Below, one piece after another: positions 17,012-28,000 of a stretch of DNA of 64,000 nucleotides. The notes beneath the pieces were generated by a model. The model worked only from the letters and a program-made list of their open reading frames with translations. It made no database searches and was not told the DNA's origin. Position numbers and translations under genes: made by a program. Source of the stretch: an uncultured virus (IMG/VR IMGVR_UViG_3300034073_003178) (lineage: Duplodnaviria > Heunggongvirae > Uroviricota > Caudoviricetes); the IMG/VR virus record IMGVR_UViG_3300034073_003178, positions 1 through 64,000 of that record; one strand, given 5' to 3'. The first letter of the stretch is position 1, and every line of letters starts with the position of its first letter.

Positions 17012-19893
17012 TATGCTTGTGCCTCCGTCCATCTAAGAACTAAATCAACTGATGCAGACTGTGAGTTATTGTTAGTTACATAAAAAACAATAACTTCAGG
17101 TCCATCTGGATAAGTATTATTTCCTCCAATAACTGAGTTTTGTACTTCTTTAATTGCACTTAAATCATATACTGTAGTTCCAGAAGAAGACAAATACCTA
17201 AACAGAACTTCCCCATCAACTGGTGCAGTTCCTCCAAGAATTGTTCCTCCTGAAGTTGCATATTGTGCAAAAGATGGTTGGAATACATTTGAAACACCTA
17301 CAGTTGTGGTGTTTGCATTCAACCAAGTTGCAGCACCTACATTACTTGGATTGAGAATAGCAGAAATTTCAAGGTTTCTAGCAGAGTTATTATTTAATCC
17401 AAGTTCTCTAAGAGTAATTTGAGAACGATTGATAACTTCTCTTTCTCCAAGAAGTCCTGGAATTGTATTTGAAACTGATGGTGCTGGACGGAAAAGGAGA
17501 ATTGCGGTAGAAGAGTTGCCAGCAACAGAGACATTCGTTCTTGATAGGTTAAATAGATATCCACTATCTTGGTCAAAACCACCATCCATAATGACCGCAG
17601 AACCCCAGTGTGAGATAGTAGGAGCACAAGTATTATTGAGTAGAATAACACTTGAACCTGCTGGATGATTATAGGAATTTGTTGAACCACTAAAAGTTCT
17701 GTTTGCCCCAGAAAGATATTGAATATAAGATGTTGCTGTTGTAACTCCAGTAAGAGTGTTACCCGATTTACCAGTATAAGACATCAGTTCATGATAAATT
17801 GTTCCTGATTGATTACTTGTTACCATTACAATATTAGAAGAAATTCCAACTGGAGGAACTGGGAATCTTGAAGCATCTGATAAAGTTAAAGATGTGGTTG
17901 TTATTCCTGTTGCCACTGCTAACTTATCAATTGCAGAAGTATTTGAAACCTCATAACGACAAGGGAGGTTTCCACTTCTCATGTATGCTTCATCATTAAT
18001 ATTGTTGTTCTTCATACGATGAGCAGTAATAAATTCACCAGCAGGCCCACGAAGCATAAAGTCAATAAATCCAGCACCATACCAAGAATATTGAATTCCA
18101 AGCATCTGCATTTTTGCTAAGTCAACATGATAACCTGATGGTGTATCAGTCCCATCAATACGATCTATATTGAATTGACTTTGTGGAACTCTGAGTTCTC
18201 TTACAATCGTTGGTTTAACTCCTGATGCAGTTGCTCCACGATTTTCTGGTGAAATTGAAAGTGAAGTATTACTTGTAATCGTTGAGACTAAGTATGTTTG
18301 CCCGCGAATTGTAATCAGGTCTCCTACCTTAAGTTGCTCTGTAAATCTTGTGTTTGTTCCTGTGACTGTTTGAGAACCATTAGTGACTGCAACAGTTCCC
18401 GCAAGTTGGAAAGTAGAAGACCTCCTTACAACGGCAAGTTCTTGTCCATCATACTCCCAGAACATTCCGTTTGAGTCATCAAAAAGCCCACAACGAATTG
18501 ATGCACCTACCCATTTAATTACAGCAATTCTTGGTTGCGCTTCTAATACTGCAGTGGCATCCGTTGGCGCTGGACTTCCCGCTGCTACAGTAAATGTAAA
18601 TTCATTTGTAATTGATTTTACCTCATACTCTCCATTATAATTTACCGAAGTAATACCATAAAGTCTTACAGTTGCACCTCTTTGAAGACCATGAGGAACC
18701 TGTGTTGTTACACTAATATCTGGAGCAGAATAAGTAACTGTTTGAATATCAAAAACTGGATTAAAAAGTGTTCCTGTAGAGAATAAGACTCCTTTACCAG
18801 ACTGATAACGGAAATATCTTTTTGACTGCCTCTTTGCTTCTAGTCCATGAATTGGTAGTGATGGTCCCATCAAAACTCCACCATCAAATGGACGATGAAT
18901 AAAGAAACTATCATTAATCGCATAAACAGAAACATTAGTTGTTGTAATAGAACCATTTGTTACTGTTTGCCCAGCATCATAAGAAATCTGTGTTCCATTT
19001 ATAACTGTATTGACGAAAAATCTACCTTCATGTGCTTGCGTTCCTGCAGTTGTATCGACGATATAAATTGGAGAACCAGGAACAAGACCATGAGGACTTC
19101 CAAAGGTAACAGTAACAATTCCTCCTGCACCATTACCACTCATGGTGGATAAATCCATCGGTGTTCCTGCATAAACACCACCTTCCTTAACAACTGTGTA
19201 AGGATTACTTAGACTTCCAGTAGCAATACTACCTTTTGCTAGATAATCAAAAGTTGTGGTTCCGTTGGTTGCAATTACAACAAACAAACCATCAGCAAGA
19301 GTATTCGTAGTTCCAGTTACGGCAAATGGAGTTCCAACAGGAAGTGCTTGTCCACTTTCCACAGTAACACGAACTGTTGAATAAGTTGCAGCACCTAGAG
19401 AAGAAACATCAGTAACTGTAAGTGCAGGACCAGGAAGTTCAAAGAATGATGGAATATTACGATTGAGACCTAATGACTGCCATTTAGTATTCTGTAATCC
19501 ATATTCAAAGTCAGCATCAATCAGTGATTGGGGTTGTGCAATTCTTATTCTTTCAATCGCATCAATGGCAAACTCGTAAGGACGAACTTTTAATCCGTGC
19601 TGTTCATCATCAATAAAAATTGAAAGTTCATCACTATCAGACATTCCAGTTGTATCATATTCTAATATGATATCAGTATATCCATCAGTAGAATTTTCAA
19701 AATCAGTATCAGTTGTTGGTAGAGGATAATAAGTCGCAGTAAATCCTTTACCTGGGTCTAGTTGACTTGCAATTACAATTCCATCAGTTGCATTCACAAT
19801 CAGTAAGATATCATTAACAGTATGTCTATCTGAAATTCTTATCTTCTTTTCAGAAGCATAAAAACGATATCTTTCTTCTCTTCTTCTTGCCAT
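17011..19893 (-). CDS. Virion structural protein (tail or baseplate associated)
   Basis: 960 aa; QSLIDADFEYG, RQSKRYFRYQSGKG and YSWYGAG motifs recognised from cyanophage structural proteins. Confidence 0.7.
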   Translation of the reverse strand: MARRREERYRFYASEKKIRISDRHTVNDILLIVNATDGIVIASQLDPGKGFTATYYPLPTTDTDFENSTDGYTDIILEYDTTGMSDSDELSIFIDDEQHGLKVRPYEFAIDAIERIRIAQPQSLIDADFEYGLQNTKWQSLGLNRNIPSFFELPGPALTVTDVSSLGAATYSTVRVTVESGQALPVGTPFAVTGTTNTLADGLFVVIATNGTTTFDYLAKGSIATGSLSNPYTVVKEGGVYAGTPMDLSTMSGNGAGGIVTVTFGSPHGLVPGSPIYIVDTTAGTQAHEGRFFVNTVINGTQISYDAGQTVTNGSITTTNVSVYAINDSFFIHRPFDGGVLMGPSLPIHGLEAKRQSKRYFRYQSGKGVLFSTGTLFNPVFDIQTVTYSAPDISVTTQVPHGLQRGATVRLYGITSVNYNGEYEVKSITNEFTFTVAAGSPAPTDATAVLEAQPRIAVIKWVGASIRCGLFDDSNGMFWEYDGQELAVVRRSSTFQLAGTVAVTNGSQTVTGTNTRFTEQLKVGDLITIRGQTYLVSTITSNTSLSISPENRGATASGVKPTIVRELRVPQSQFNIDRIDGTDTPSGYHVDLAKMQMLGIQYSWYGAGFIDFMLRGPAGEFITAHRMKNNNINDEAYMRSGNLPCRYEVSNTSAIDKLAVATGITTTSLTLSDASRFPVPPVGISSNIVMVTSNQSGTIYHELMSYTGKSGNTLTGVTTATSYIQYLSGANRTFSGSTNSYNHPAGSSVILLNNTCAPTISHWGSAVIMDGGFDQDSGYLFNLSRTNVSVAGNSSTAILLFRPAPSVSNTIPGLLGEREVINRSQITLRELGLNNNSARNLEISAILNPSNVGAATWLNANTTTVGVSNVFQPSFAQYATSGGTILGGTAPVDGEVLFRYLSSSGTTVYDLSAIKEVQNSVIGGNNTYPDGPEVIVFYVTNNNSQSASVDLVLRWTEAQA

Positions 19894-19899
19894 CTTTAG

Positions 19900-21918
19900 T
19901 TAAACTCCGAATACGATGCTGTATGAAATGGATTGTTCCGCTGTTACAAATGAAGTTGTTGGAGAACTGGTAGATTTAATTGCAACTCCAAAGAATACTT
20001 GTCCTGCTTTAGGTGCCTCAACAAAATTAATTTTGATTGGGTCAGTTGTTCTATTTGTACCACCACTAATATAAAAACCTGCAGTTTGTGATGGGTCTGG
20101 TTGTTGAACTATTCCTCCTACAGAAATAAGTAGTCGTGCTGCACTATCTATCTCACTATTTATGAAATTACCTGAATTATCGGAAATGATAAATTGAGTT
20201 GTTGAACCATTAAAGAGTGAAGAAATATCATTCAAAATTACGGATTGATCAGGAACAGATGCTGTTGACCCAACAGCACCTTGTAGACCTTGTAGACCCT
20301 GCGATCCTTGAAGACCTTGAACACTGCCAGCAAGACCTTGAACACCTTGATTTGCTAACCCTTGAAGACCTTGGAGACCTTGAGATCCTGATATACCTTG
20401 ATTGCTAAGACCTTGAACACCTTGAGAACCTTGTGATCCTGAAGTTCCCTGAGAACCTGAAGTACCTTGAGAACCAACACCTTGAGTTCCTTGTAATCCT
20501 TGAGATCCTTGAGATCCTTGAGATCCTGAAGTACCTTGAGAACCAACACCTTGAGTTCCTTGTAGTCCTTGAGAACCTTGAGAACCAGAAATACCTTGAT
20601 TACTTAAACCCTGAGTACCCTGTAATCCTTGAGAACCTTGAGATCCTGATGTTCCTTGAGAACCAGAAATACCTTGATTACTTAAACCTTGAGTTCCTTG
20701 TAGTCCCTGTGAACCCTGAGAACCTGAAGTACCTTGTGATCCAGAAGTTCCTTGATTACTTAAACCTTGCGTTCCTTGTCTACCCTGAAGTCCTTGAGCA
20801 CCTTGAGATCCAGATGTTCCTTGAGATCCAGAAGTTCCCTGAGAACCTGAAGTACCTTGAGAACCAACACCTTGAGTTCCTTGTAGTCCTTGAGAACCTT
20901 GAGAACCAGAAATACCTTGATTACTTAAACCTTGAGTTCCTTGCAGTCCTTGAGATCCTGATGTACCTTGAGAACCAGAAATGCCTTGATTACTTAGACC
21001 TTGTGTACCTTGTAGTCCCTGAGAACCTTGCGATCCAGAAGTACCTTGGGAACCAGATGTTCCTTGAGATCCTGCTATACCTTGATTACTTAAACCTTGA
21101 GTTCCTTGTCTACCCTGAAGACCTTGAGAACCTTGAGATCCTGATGTACCTTGAGAACCAGAAATACCTTGATTACTTAAACCCTGAGTTCCTTGTAGTC
21201 CCTGTGAACCCTGAGATCCTGATACACCTTGATTACTTAATCCTTGATTACCTTGAACACCTTGTCTACCCTGAAGACCTTGAGAACCTTGTGATCCTGA
21301 TGTTCCCTGAGATCCAGAAATACCTTGATTACTTAAACCTTGAATACCCTGTAATCCTTGAAAACCTTGAGATCCAGAAATACCTTGATTACTTAAACCT
21401 TGAGTACCTTGATTTCCTTGTAATCCCTGTGATCCCTGAGATCCTGATGTACCTTGGGAACCAGAAATACCTTGATTACTTAAACCTTGAGTTCCTTGTC
21501 TTCCCTGTAATCCTTGAAACCCTTGAGAACCTAAAGTACCTTGATTACCTTGTACTCCTTGACTTCCTGAAGAACCTTGAAGTCCTTGATCTCCACGAAT
21601 TTGTCCTACATTATCCCAGTCAGTTCCCGTATAAACCCACAAATCACCAGTATTTTCCTCAATAACACCATCACCTGCAAAGGGAGGATACCAAGAAAAT
21701 TGAGTATCGTCGTTAGTTAATGTAGTATGGGGTTCCGATGTAGTAACACTAGTAACAACACCAACAATAGTTACAGAAGTTCCATCAGTACCAGATTTTC
21801 CCTGAACACCTTGATTTGAAAAACCTTGGATTCCCTGTTCACCGATTATTCCTTGAACACCTTGAGCGCCTTGATCGCCTTTAAATGTTCCTCCAATAAT
21901 AGTACTTAGAAATGCCAC
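19900..21918 (-). CDS. Collagen-like (Gly-X-Gln) tail fibre protein
   Basis: About 440-aa GXQ run; C-terminal globular region LNDISSLFNG..LLISVGGIVQQP; GTG start. Confidence 0.85.
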   Translation of the reverse strand: MAFLSTIIGGTFKGDQGAQGVQGIIGEQGIQGFSNQGVQGKSGTDGTSVTIVGVVTSVTTSEPHTTLTNDDTQFSWYPPFAGDGVIEENTGDLWVYTGTDWDNVGQIRGDQGLQGSSGSQGVQGNQGTLGSQGFQGLQGRQGTQGLSNQGISGSQGTSGSQGSQGLQGNQGTQGLSNQGISGSQGFQGLQGIQGLSNQGISGSQGTSGSQGSQGLQGRQGVQGNQGLSNQGVSGSQGSQGLQGTQGLSNQGISGSQGTSGSQGSQGLQGRQGTQGLSNQGIAGSQGTSGSQGTSGSQGSQGLQGTQGLSNQGISGSQGTSGSQGLQGTQGLSNQGISGSQGSQGLQGTQGVGSQGTSGSQGTSGSQGTSGSQGAQGLQGRQGTQGLSNQGTSGSQGTSGSQGSQGLQGTQGLSNQGISGSQGTSGSQGSQGLQGTQGLSNQGISGSQGSQGLQGTQGVGSQGTSGSQGSQGSQGLQGTQGVGSQGTSGSQGTSGSQGSQGVQGLSNQGISGSQGLQGLQGLANQGVQGLAGSVQGLQGSQGLQGLQGAVGSTASVPDQSVILNDISSLFNGSTTQFIISDNSGNFINSEIDSAARLLISVGGIVQQPDPSQTAGFYISGGTNRTTDPIKINFVEAPKAGQVFFGVAIKSTSSPTTSFVTAEQSISYSIVFGV
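20275..21600 (-). repeat. Coding 9-nt-period repeat (GXQ collagen-like)
   Basis: Recurrent ccttga every 9 nt, with 15-nt GLSNQ units. Confidence 0.9.
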
Positions 21919-21989
21919 GGTTTATCTTTTTATTTTTTATTATTTATTTAATAATTATAATAATGAATTATAATAATGTTGTTGTTCAG

Positions 21990-24146
21990 TCATCCTTTCA
22001 ATTCATTCAGTTGATTTTCAAGATTATTTATCTGCTTTTGTTGTTCTTTAATTGCTTCAATTAGAAGTGAAGTTAAGTTTCCGTAAGCAACTGACTTAAT
22101 ACCTGTGCTATCTTCCATAACAATTTCAGGAAGTACTTTTTCAACTTCTTGTGCAATTACACCAACATATCTTCTTTCTTTATCTTCTTGGTCATTTCTA
22201 TTAAATGTAACACCACGAATTTGAGAAACTTTATCTAATGCATTTGTAATGGTTTCAATATTTTCTTTGAGTTTGATATCAGAGTTTGCAGTGACTGTTC
22301 CAGATGCAGTTATATTTCCATTAGAACCTAAAGTAATAACTGCTGATCCACTTCTATTTCCACCATAAATTTGTGTTCCACTTGAAAATCTCATTGCACA
22401 ATAACCTGTATTCAGGTCTACAATATCACCATCATCTGCAAGAATAATTCCTCCACCAGTTGCATTACCAGTTGATACTGTTAAATTTCCCGATAAACTT
22501 ATATTAGAGGCATTGAAGTTTCCACCAATAGTAAGATCACTTGTACTTGGATTAAAACTAAATGCAGTTGTCGCCGTTCTTACTGATGGAGTTTGGTTAG
22601 TACCTGCAGCAGCGACAAATACTGGGAAAAACGATGCATTTGTGGTTACTGCTGTTGCATTTATTGCAGTAGAAGGGCCTGCAGTACCTACAGTTCCTTG
22701 AGCACCTGAAGTTCCTTGAGAACCAGATGTTCCTTGAGAACCTGATGTACCTTGATTACTTAAACCTTGAGTACCTTGTCTACCCTGAAGACCTTGAGCA
22801 CCTTGAGAACCTGCTGCACCTTGAGTACCTGATGTACCTTGAGCACCTGATGTACCTTGAGCACCTGATGTACCTTGGAAACCTGCTGTACCTTGAGCAC
22901 CTGAAGTTCCTTGAGAACCTGCTACACCTTGATTACTTAAACCCTGAGTACCTTGTCTACCCTGAAGTCCTTGAGCACCTTGAGATCCTGCTATACCTTG
23001 ATTACTTAAACCCTGAGTACCTTGTCTACCCTGAAGTCCTTGAGCACCTTGAGATCCTGCTATACCTTGATTGCTTAAACCTTGAACCCCTTGATTGCCT
23101 TGTAATCCTTGAGAACCTTGGGATCCTGATGTACCTTGAGAACCAGAAATACCTTGATTACTTAAACCTTGAGTTCCTTGTCTTCCCTGAAGTCCCTGAG
23201 CACCTTGAGAACCAGAAATACCTTGATTACTTAAACCTTGAGCACCTTGAGATCCTTGAGTACCTGATGCGCCTTGAGTACCTGATGTACCTTGAGAACC
23301 TGCTACACCTTGATTACTTAAACCTTGAGTACCTTGTCTACCCTGAAGACCTTGAGCACCTTGAGAACCTGCTGCACCTTGAGTACCTGATGTACCTTGA
23401 GCACCTGATGTACCTTGAGCACCTGATGTACCTTGGAAACCTGCTACACCTTGATTACTTAAACCTTGAGCACCTTGATTTCCCTGCAATCCTTGAGATC
23501 CTTGAGAACCTGCTATACCTTGATTACTTAAACCTTGAGTTCCTTGTCTTCCCTGGAGACCTTGAGCGCCTTGGGATCCAGAAATACCTTGATTGCTTAA
23601 ACCTTGAACCCCTTGATTGCCTTGTAATCCTTGAGAACCTTGGGATCCTGATGTACCTTGATTACTTAAACCTTGAACCCCTTGATTGCCTTGTAATCCT
23701 TGATTTCCCTGAGAACCTATTGTTCCCTGATTTCCCTGTAATCCTTGAGATCCTTGAGAACCTGCTATACCTTGATTACTTAAACCTTGAGTTCCTTGTC
23801 TACCCTGAAGACCTTGATTACCTTGAACACCTTGATTGCTTAAACCTTGAACACCTTGATTACCCTGAAGACCTTGAACACCCTGATTTGATAATCCCTG
23901 TAGACCTTGATTTCCTTGTAATCCCTGAGAACCTTGAGATCCAGAAATGCCTTGAGATCCTTGATTACTTAAACCTTGTGTTCCTTGAGTACCTTGAGTA
24001 CCTTGAAGACCTTGAGAACCAGAAGTGCCTTGAACACCTTCAGAAGGCATTAAATCCCATGCTTCTCCATTAAACTTCCAGGTTCTACCCCCAAGAGAAT
24101 ATGTGGTTACATTTGCAATAGGGTTAATTGGAAAATCTAAAGGCAT
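21990..24146 (-). CDS. Collagen-like tail fibre with C-terminal intramolecular chaperone (peptidase S74)
   Basis: GXQ run, then NSDIKLKENI..GVIAQEVEKVLPE..VAYGNLTSLLIEAIKEQQ coiled coil. Confidence 0.88.
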   Translation of the reverse strand: MPLDFPINPIANVTTYSLGGRTWKFNGEAWDLMPSEGVQGTSGSQGLQGTQGTQGTQGLSNQGSQGISGSQGSQGLQGNQGLQGLSNQGVQGLQGNQGVQGLSNQGVQGNQGLQGRQGTQGLSNQGIAGSQGSQGLQGNQGTIGSQGNQGLQGNQGVQGLSNQGTSGSQGSQGLQGNQGVQGLSNQGISGSQGAQGLQGRQGTQGLSNQGIAGSQGSQGLQGNQGAQGLSNQGVAGFQGTSGAQGTSGAQGTSGTQGAAGSQGAQGLQGRQGTQGLSNQGVAGSQGTSGTQGASGTQGSQGAQGLSNQGISGSQGAQGLQGRQGTQGLSNQGISGSQGTSGSQGSQGLQGNQGVQGLSNQGIAGSQGAQGLQGRQGTQGLSNQGIAGSQGAQGLQGRQGTQGLSNQGVAGSQGTSGAQGTAGFQGTSGAQGTSGAQGTSGTQGAAGSQGAQGLQGRQGTQGLSNQGTSGSQGTSGSQGTSGAQGTVGTAGPSTAINATAVTTNASFFPVFVAAAGTNQTPSVRTATTAFSFNPSTSDLTIGGNFNASNISLSGNLTVSTGNATGGGIILADDGDIVDLNTGYCAMRFSSGTQIYGGNRSGSAVITLGSNGNITASGTVTANSDIKLKENIETITNALDKVSQIRGVTFNRNDQEDKERRYVGVIAQEVEKVLPEIVMEDSTGIKSVAYGNLTSLLIEAIKEQQKQINNLENQLNELKG
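22680..24045 (-). repeat. Coding GXQ collagen-like repeat
   Basis: 9-nt periodic ccttga motif. Confidence 0.9.
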
Positions 24147-24198
24147 TTATTTATATTGAATTACTAAATTCTTATTAAAAATATTTATTATCATAATC

Positions 24199-25035
24199 TT
24201 ATACATCTCCAGTATTTGTGCTTGGAAAAGACCTTCCTGGACCCCAAATAATTCTAAGTGCTCCAACATCACCATTACCACCGTTACCATTATCCATACC
24301 ACCTCCACCTCCACCATAATCTCCACCATCTCTTACTACACCAGAAGTTCCTCCAGAACCACCCCCACCTGGGTTAGCAGCACCACCAGTACCTCCAGTT
24401 CCACTAGAACCTTCGCCAAGTATTCCGGTTCCACCGCCACCGCCACCACCAGCGGCAGAAGAACCGCCACCACCGCCACCACCGCCATCACCATTTCCAC
24501 CAGCACCATTCGCAGTTCCTCCTACTCCACCATTTCCAGAATATCCACCAGCACCGCCACCACCACCATTTTGAGATGCAGTTTCTTCACCACCATTGCC
24601 ACCATCACCACCACCAATATCTCCACCAGTTGCCGTTCCTGTTCCACCAATACCTGCTGTGGTTGTAGTTCCTTCACCTCCCCCATCGGCTTGAAGTAAA
24701 ATAGTTCCTCCTCTAGAAATTGATGTATTTCCTCCAGGTTGTCCAGAAGTATTGTTAGAAGTTGCTCCAGTTCCACCAGCACCCACTGTGACTGTAAGTT
24801 CCTCAAAGGGAGTTACTGGAATATTATTATAATATCTCAATCCTCCTCCACCACCACCAGCAACTTCTGTGTTGTTTTGTCCACGAGCGCCGCCACCTCC
24901 ACCACCTATAGCGACAACTGAAATTTGAGTAATTCCAGCCGGAACTGTAAATGTAAAAGTTCCTGGAGTTGTATATGCTTCTTGACCTGGAGCAGATGGA
25001 TTGATAAATCCAAGTAAAATAGATGCTATTGTCAT
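24199..25035 (-). CDS. Glycine-rich tail-fibre-tip or receptor-binding-like protein
   Basis: YTTPGTFTFTVPAG..VVAIGGGGGG and long poly-Gly runs. Confidence 0.75.
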   Translation of the reverse strand: MTIASILLGFINPSAPGQEAYTTPGTFTFTVPAGITQISVVAIGGGGGGARGQNNTEVAGGGGGGLRYYNNIPVTPFEELTVTVGAGGTGATSNNTSGQPGGNTSISRGGTILLQADGGGEGTTTTAGIGGTGTATGGDIGGGDGGNGGEETASQNGGGGGAGGYSGNGGVGGTANGAGGNGDGGGGGGGGSSAAGGGGGGGTGILGEGSSGTGGTGGAANPGGGGSGGTSGVVRDGGDYGGGGGGMDNGNGGNGDVGALRIIWGPGRSFPSTNTGDV

Positions 25036-25036
25036 A

Positions 25037-28000
25037 TTAAGTTAATCCTGCTCCCGAAATGATGAACACATCAGCATTATTTACATCAGCAACACAAAGA
25101 ACGGTACAAACACCATAAGCACCAAGAGTTCTATTTCCTGTTTGAGTTGTACCAGCATATCTTAAAGTCACATTAGAACCTTGAGTAATTGTTTGTGCAA
25201 CTGCAGAGTCATTATAAATCACCACATTTTCTCCTACTTGGAATACATTGACGGGAACTGTTACACCACCAGTAGTAATATCAATATGTTTTCCATTATC
25301 TGATGCTTGAAGAACATATGATGTTGTTTGAACATTTTGCGGAATTGTTGCAGGACCAAATGTTCCTTGGTTTCCTTGAAGTCCTTGTGTACTTTGAATA
25401 CCTTGAAGACCTTGAACACCCTGAACACCCTGATCTCCTTGTAATCCTTGAACCCCTTGATTGCCTTGTAATCCTTGATTTCCCTGAGAACCTATTGTTC
25501 CTTGATTTCCCTGTAGTCCTTGAGAACCTTGAGAACCAGAAATACCTTGATTACTTAAACCTTGAGTTCCTTGTCTACCCTGAAGACCTTGAGATCCTTG
25601 ATTACTTAAACCTTGAACCCCTTGATTTCCTTGTAATCCTTGAGAACCTTGAGATCCTATTGTTCCTTGATTTCCCTGTAGTCCTTGGGAACCTTGAGAA
25701 CCAGAAATACCTTGATTACTTAAACCTTGAGTTCCTTGTCTTCCCTGCAATCCTTGAGAACCTTGATTACTTAAACCTTGAACACCTTGATTGCCCTGAA
25801 GACCTGTTGGGCCTGTTGGTTCTGGTCCAAACTCAACCCATTGTTGACTATTTCCATCATTATAATAACGATATGTAACCCCGGTATTTTCATTAATCCA
25901 AATATCCCCAACAACTGAAGATATTCCTGCAGATGATGGTTGGATATAAGTTCTCGGTGCCCATCTAGTTGCTCCAGATGCTGTAGATACTATTATTGAA
26001 CCTGCAATTCCTACATTATTGAAACTATCATAAACAGAACCTCTAATTCTAATATTTCCATTTACATCCAAACTTTGTGTTGGAATAGAAGTTCCGATTC
26101 CTACAGAACCTAATCCACTTACTACAAGAGAAGGTGAAGCAAAAAGTGCTGTAGTCAGTCCAGAATTTACTGTTGAGAGACCTATGTAATAAGGTTTAGT
26201 TTCTACTGAAGAAATATTATAAAAAGTAGAAATACCTGATCCACCTTCACTAGCATTTCCTGCGGGGCCTTGAACACCTTGAACACCTTGATTTGATAAT
26301 CCTTGAGTACCTTGTCTACCTTGAAGACCTTGAGAACCTTGATTACTTAAACCTTGAACCCCTTGATTGCCTTGAAGACCTTGAGCACCTGAAGTTCCTT
26401 GAGAACCTGAAGTTCCTTGAGAACCTGAAGTTCCTTGAGAACCTGAAGTTCCTTGAGAACCTGAAGTTCCTTGATTACTTAAACCTTGAGTTCCTTGTCT
26501 GCCTTGGAGACCTTGAGCACCTTGAGAACCTGAAGTTCCTTGAGAACCTGAAGTTCCTTGAGAACCTGAAGTTCCTTGAGAACCTGAAGTTCCTTGATTA
26601 CTTAAACCTTGAGCACCTTGATTTCCCTGCAATCCCTGTGAACCTTGAGCACCTGAAGTTCCTTGAGATCCAGATGTTCCTTGAGCACCTGAAGTTCCTT
26701 GAGATCCAGATGTTCCTTGAGCGCCTGAAGTTCCCTGAGAACCAAATGTTCCTTGAGAACCTGCTATACCTTGATTACTTAAACCTTGAGTTCCTTGTCT
26801 TCCCTGGAGACCTTGAGCACCTTGAGATCCAGAAATACCTTGATTGCTTAAACCTTGATTACCTTGTAATCCCTGCGAACCTTGAGAACCAGAGATACCT
26901 TGATTACTTAATCCTTGAACTCCTTGATTTCCCTGAAGACCCTGAGCACCTTGATTTCCTTGTAACCCTTGAGAACCTTGAGATCCTAATGTACCTTGAG
27001 CACCTGAAGTTCCTTGAGATCCTATTGTTCCCTGCAAACCTTGAGTTCCTTGATTACCTTGTAATCCTTGAAGACCTTGAGTTCCTTGATTACCTTGTAA
27101 TCCTTGAAGACCTTGAGATCCTGAAGTACCTTGATTACCCTGAACACCTTGATTACTTAAACCTTGAGTTCCTTGTCTGCCTTGGAGACCTTGGGAACCT
27201 TGATTACTTAAACCCTGAACACCCTGCAATCCTTGAGAACCTTGAGATCCAGAAGTACCTTGTGAACCTGATATACCTTGAGAACCAGTATCTCCTTTAT
27301 CTCCTGTTCTAGCGAAAGTGATGATAATATCTTCGTTAGAACTAAATGAAGTTGCACTACCGGAAACATATGAACAATCAACTTCAAAATATCCAGTTTG
27401 TTCTATAATTCCGGAAATAGTGAAAAGTGCAAAATCAGAAGAATCAAACTTATTTGAAATTCTAAAATGACCTTTAATAGTTGATGTAGAATCATCAATT
27501 GTTCTTAGGAATGATTGGATATCAGTTGTTCCATCGTTTTGATCATCAATATAAAGTTTATTTGCAAGAGTTATATTAGAATTATTAAACTTAAGATTTC
27601 CAGTTCCTGGATCAATATTTGTAGTATCAGTATTAAAAGTATAATCAAAAGTAGCACCACCAAAGTTTCCATCTTTACCAGAAAGTCCTTGCAAACCTTG
27701 AGAACCAGAAGTACCCTGTGTTCCTTGATTACCTTGGACACCTTGATTGCTTAAACCTTGAACACCTTGATTTCCTTGTAGTCCCTGTGATCCCTGAGAT
27801 CCTGAAGTTCCTTGAGTTCCTTGTAGTCCCTGTGATCCTTGTGTTCCTTGATTACCTTGAACACCTTGATTGCTTAGACCTTGGACACCTTGAGAACCTT
27901 GAGATCCTGATGTACCCTGTAATCCTTGAGTTCCCTGATTACCTTGTAAACCTTGCAATCCTTGAATTCCTTGATTGCCTTGTAATCCTTGAAGACCTTG

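Noticed and set aside
21953..21978. 13-bp tandem repeat AATTATAATAATG x2 in an intergenic region
   Set aside because: Low-complexity AT-rich sequence with only two copies; no supportable function.
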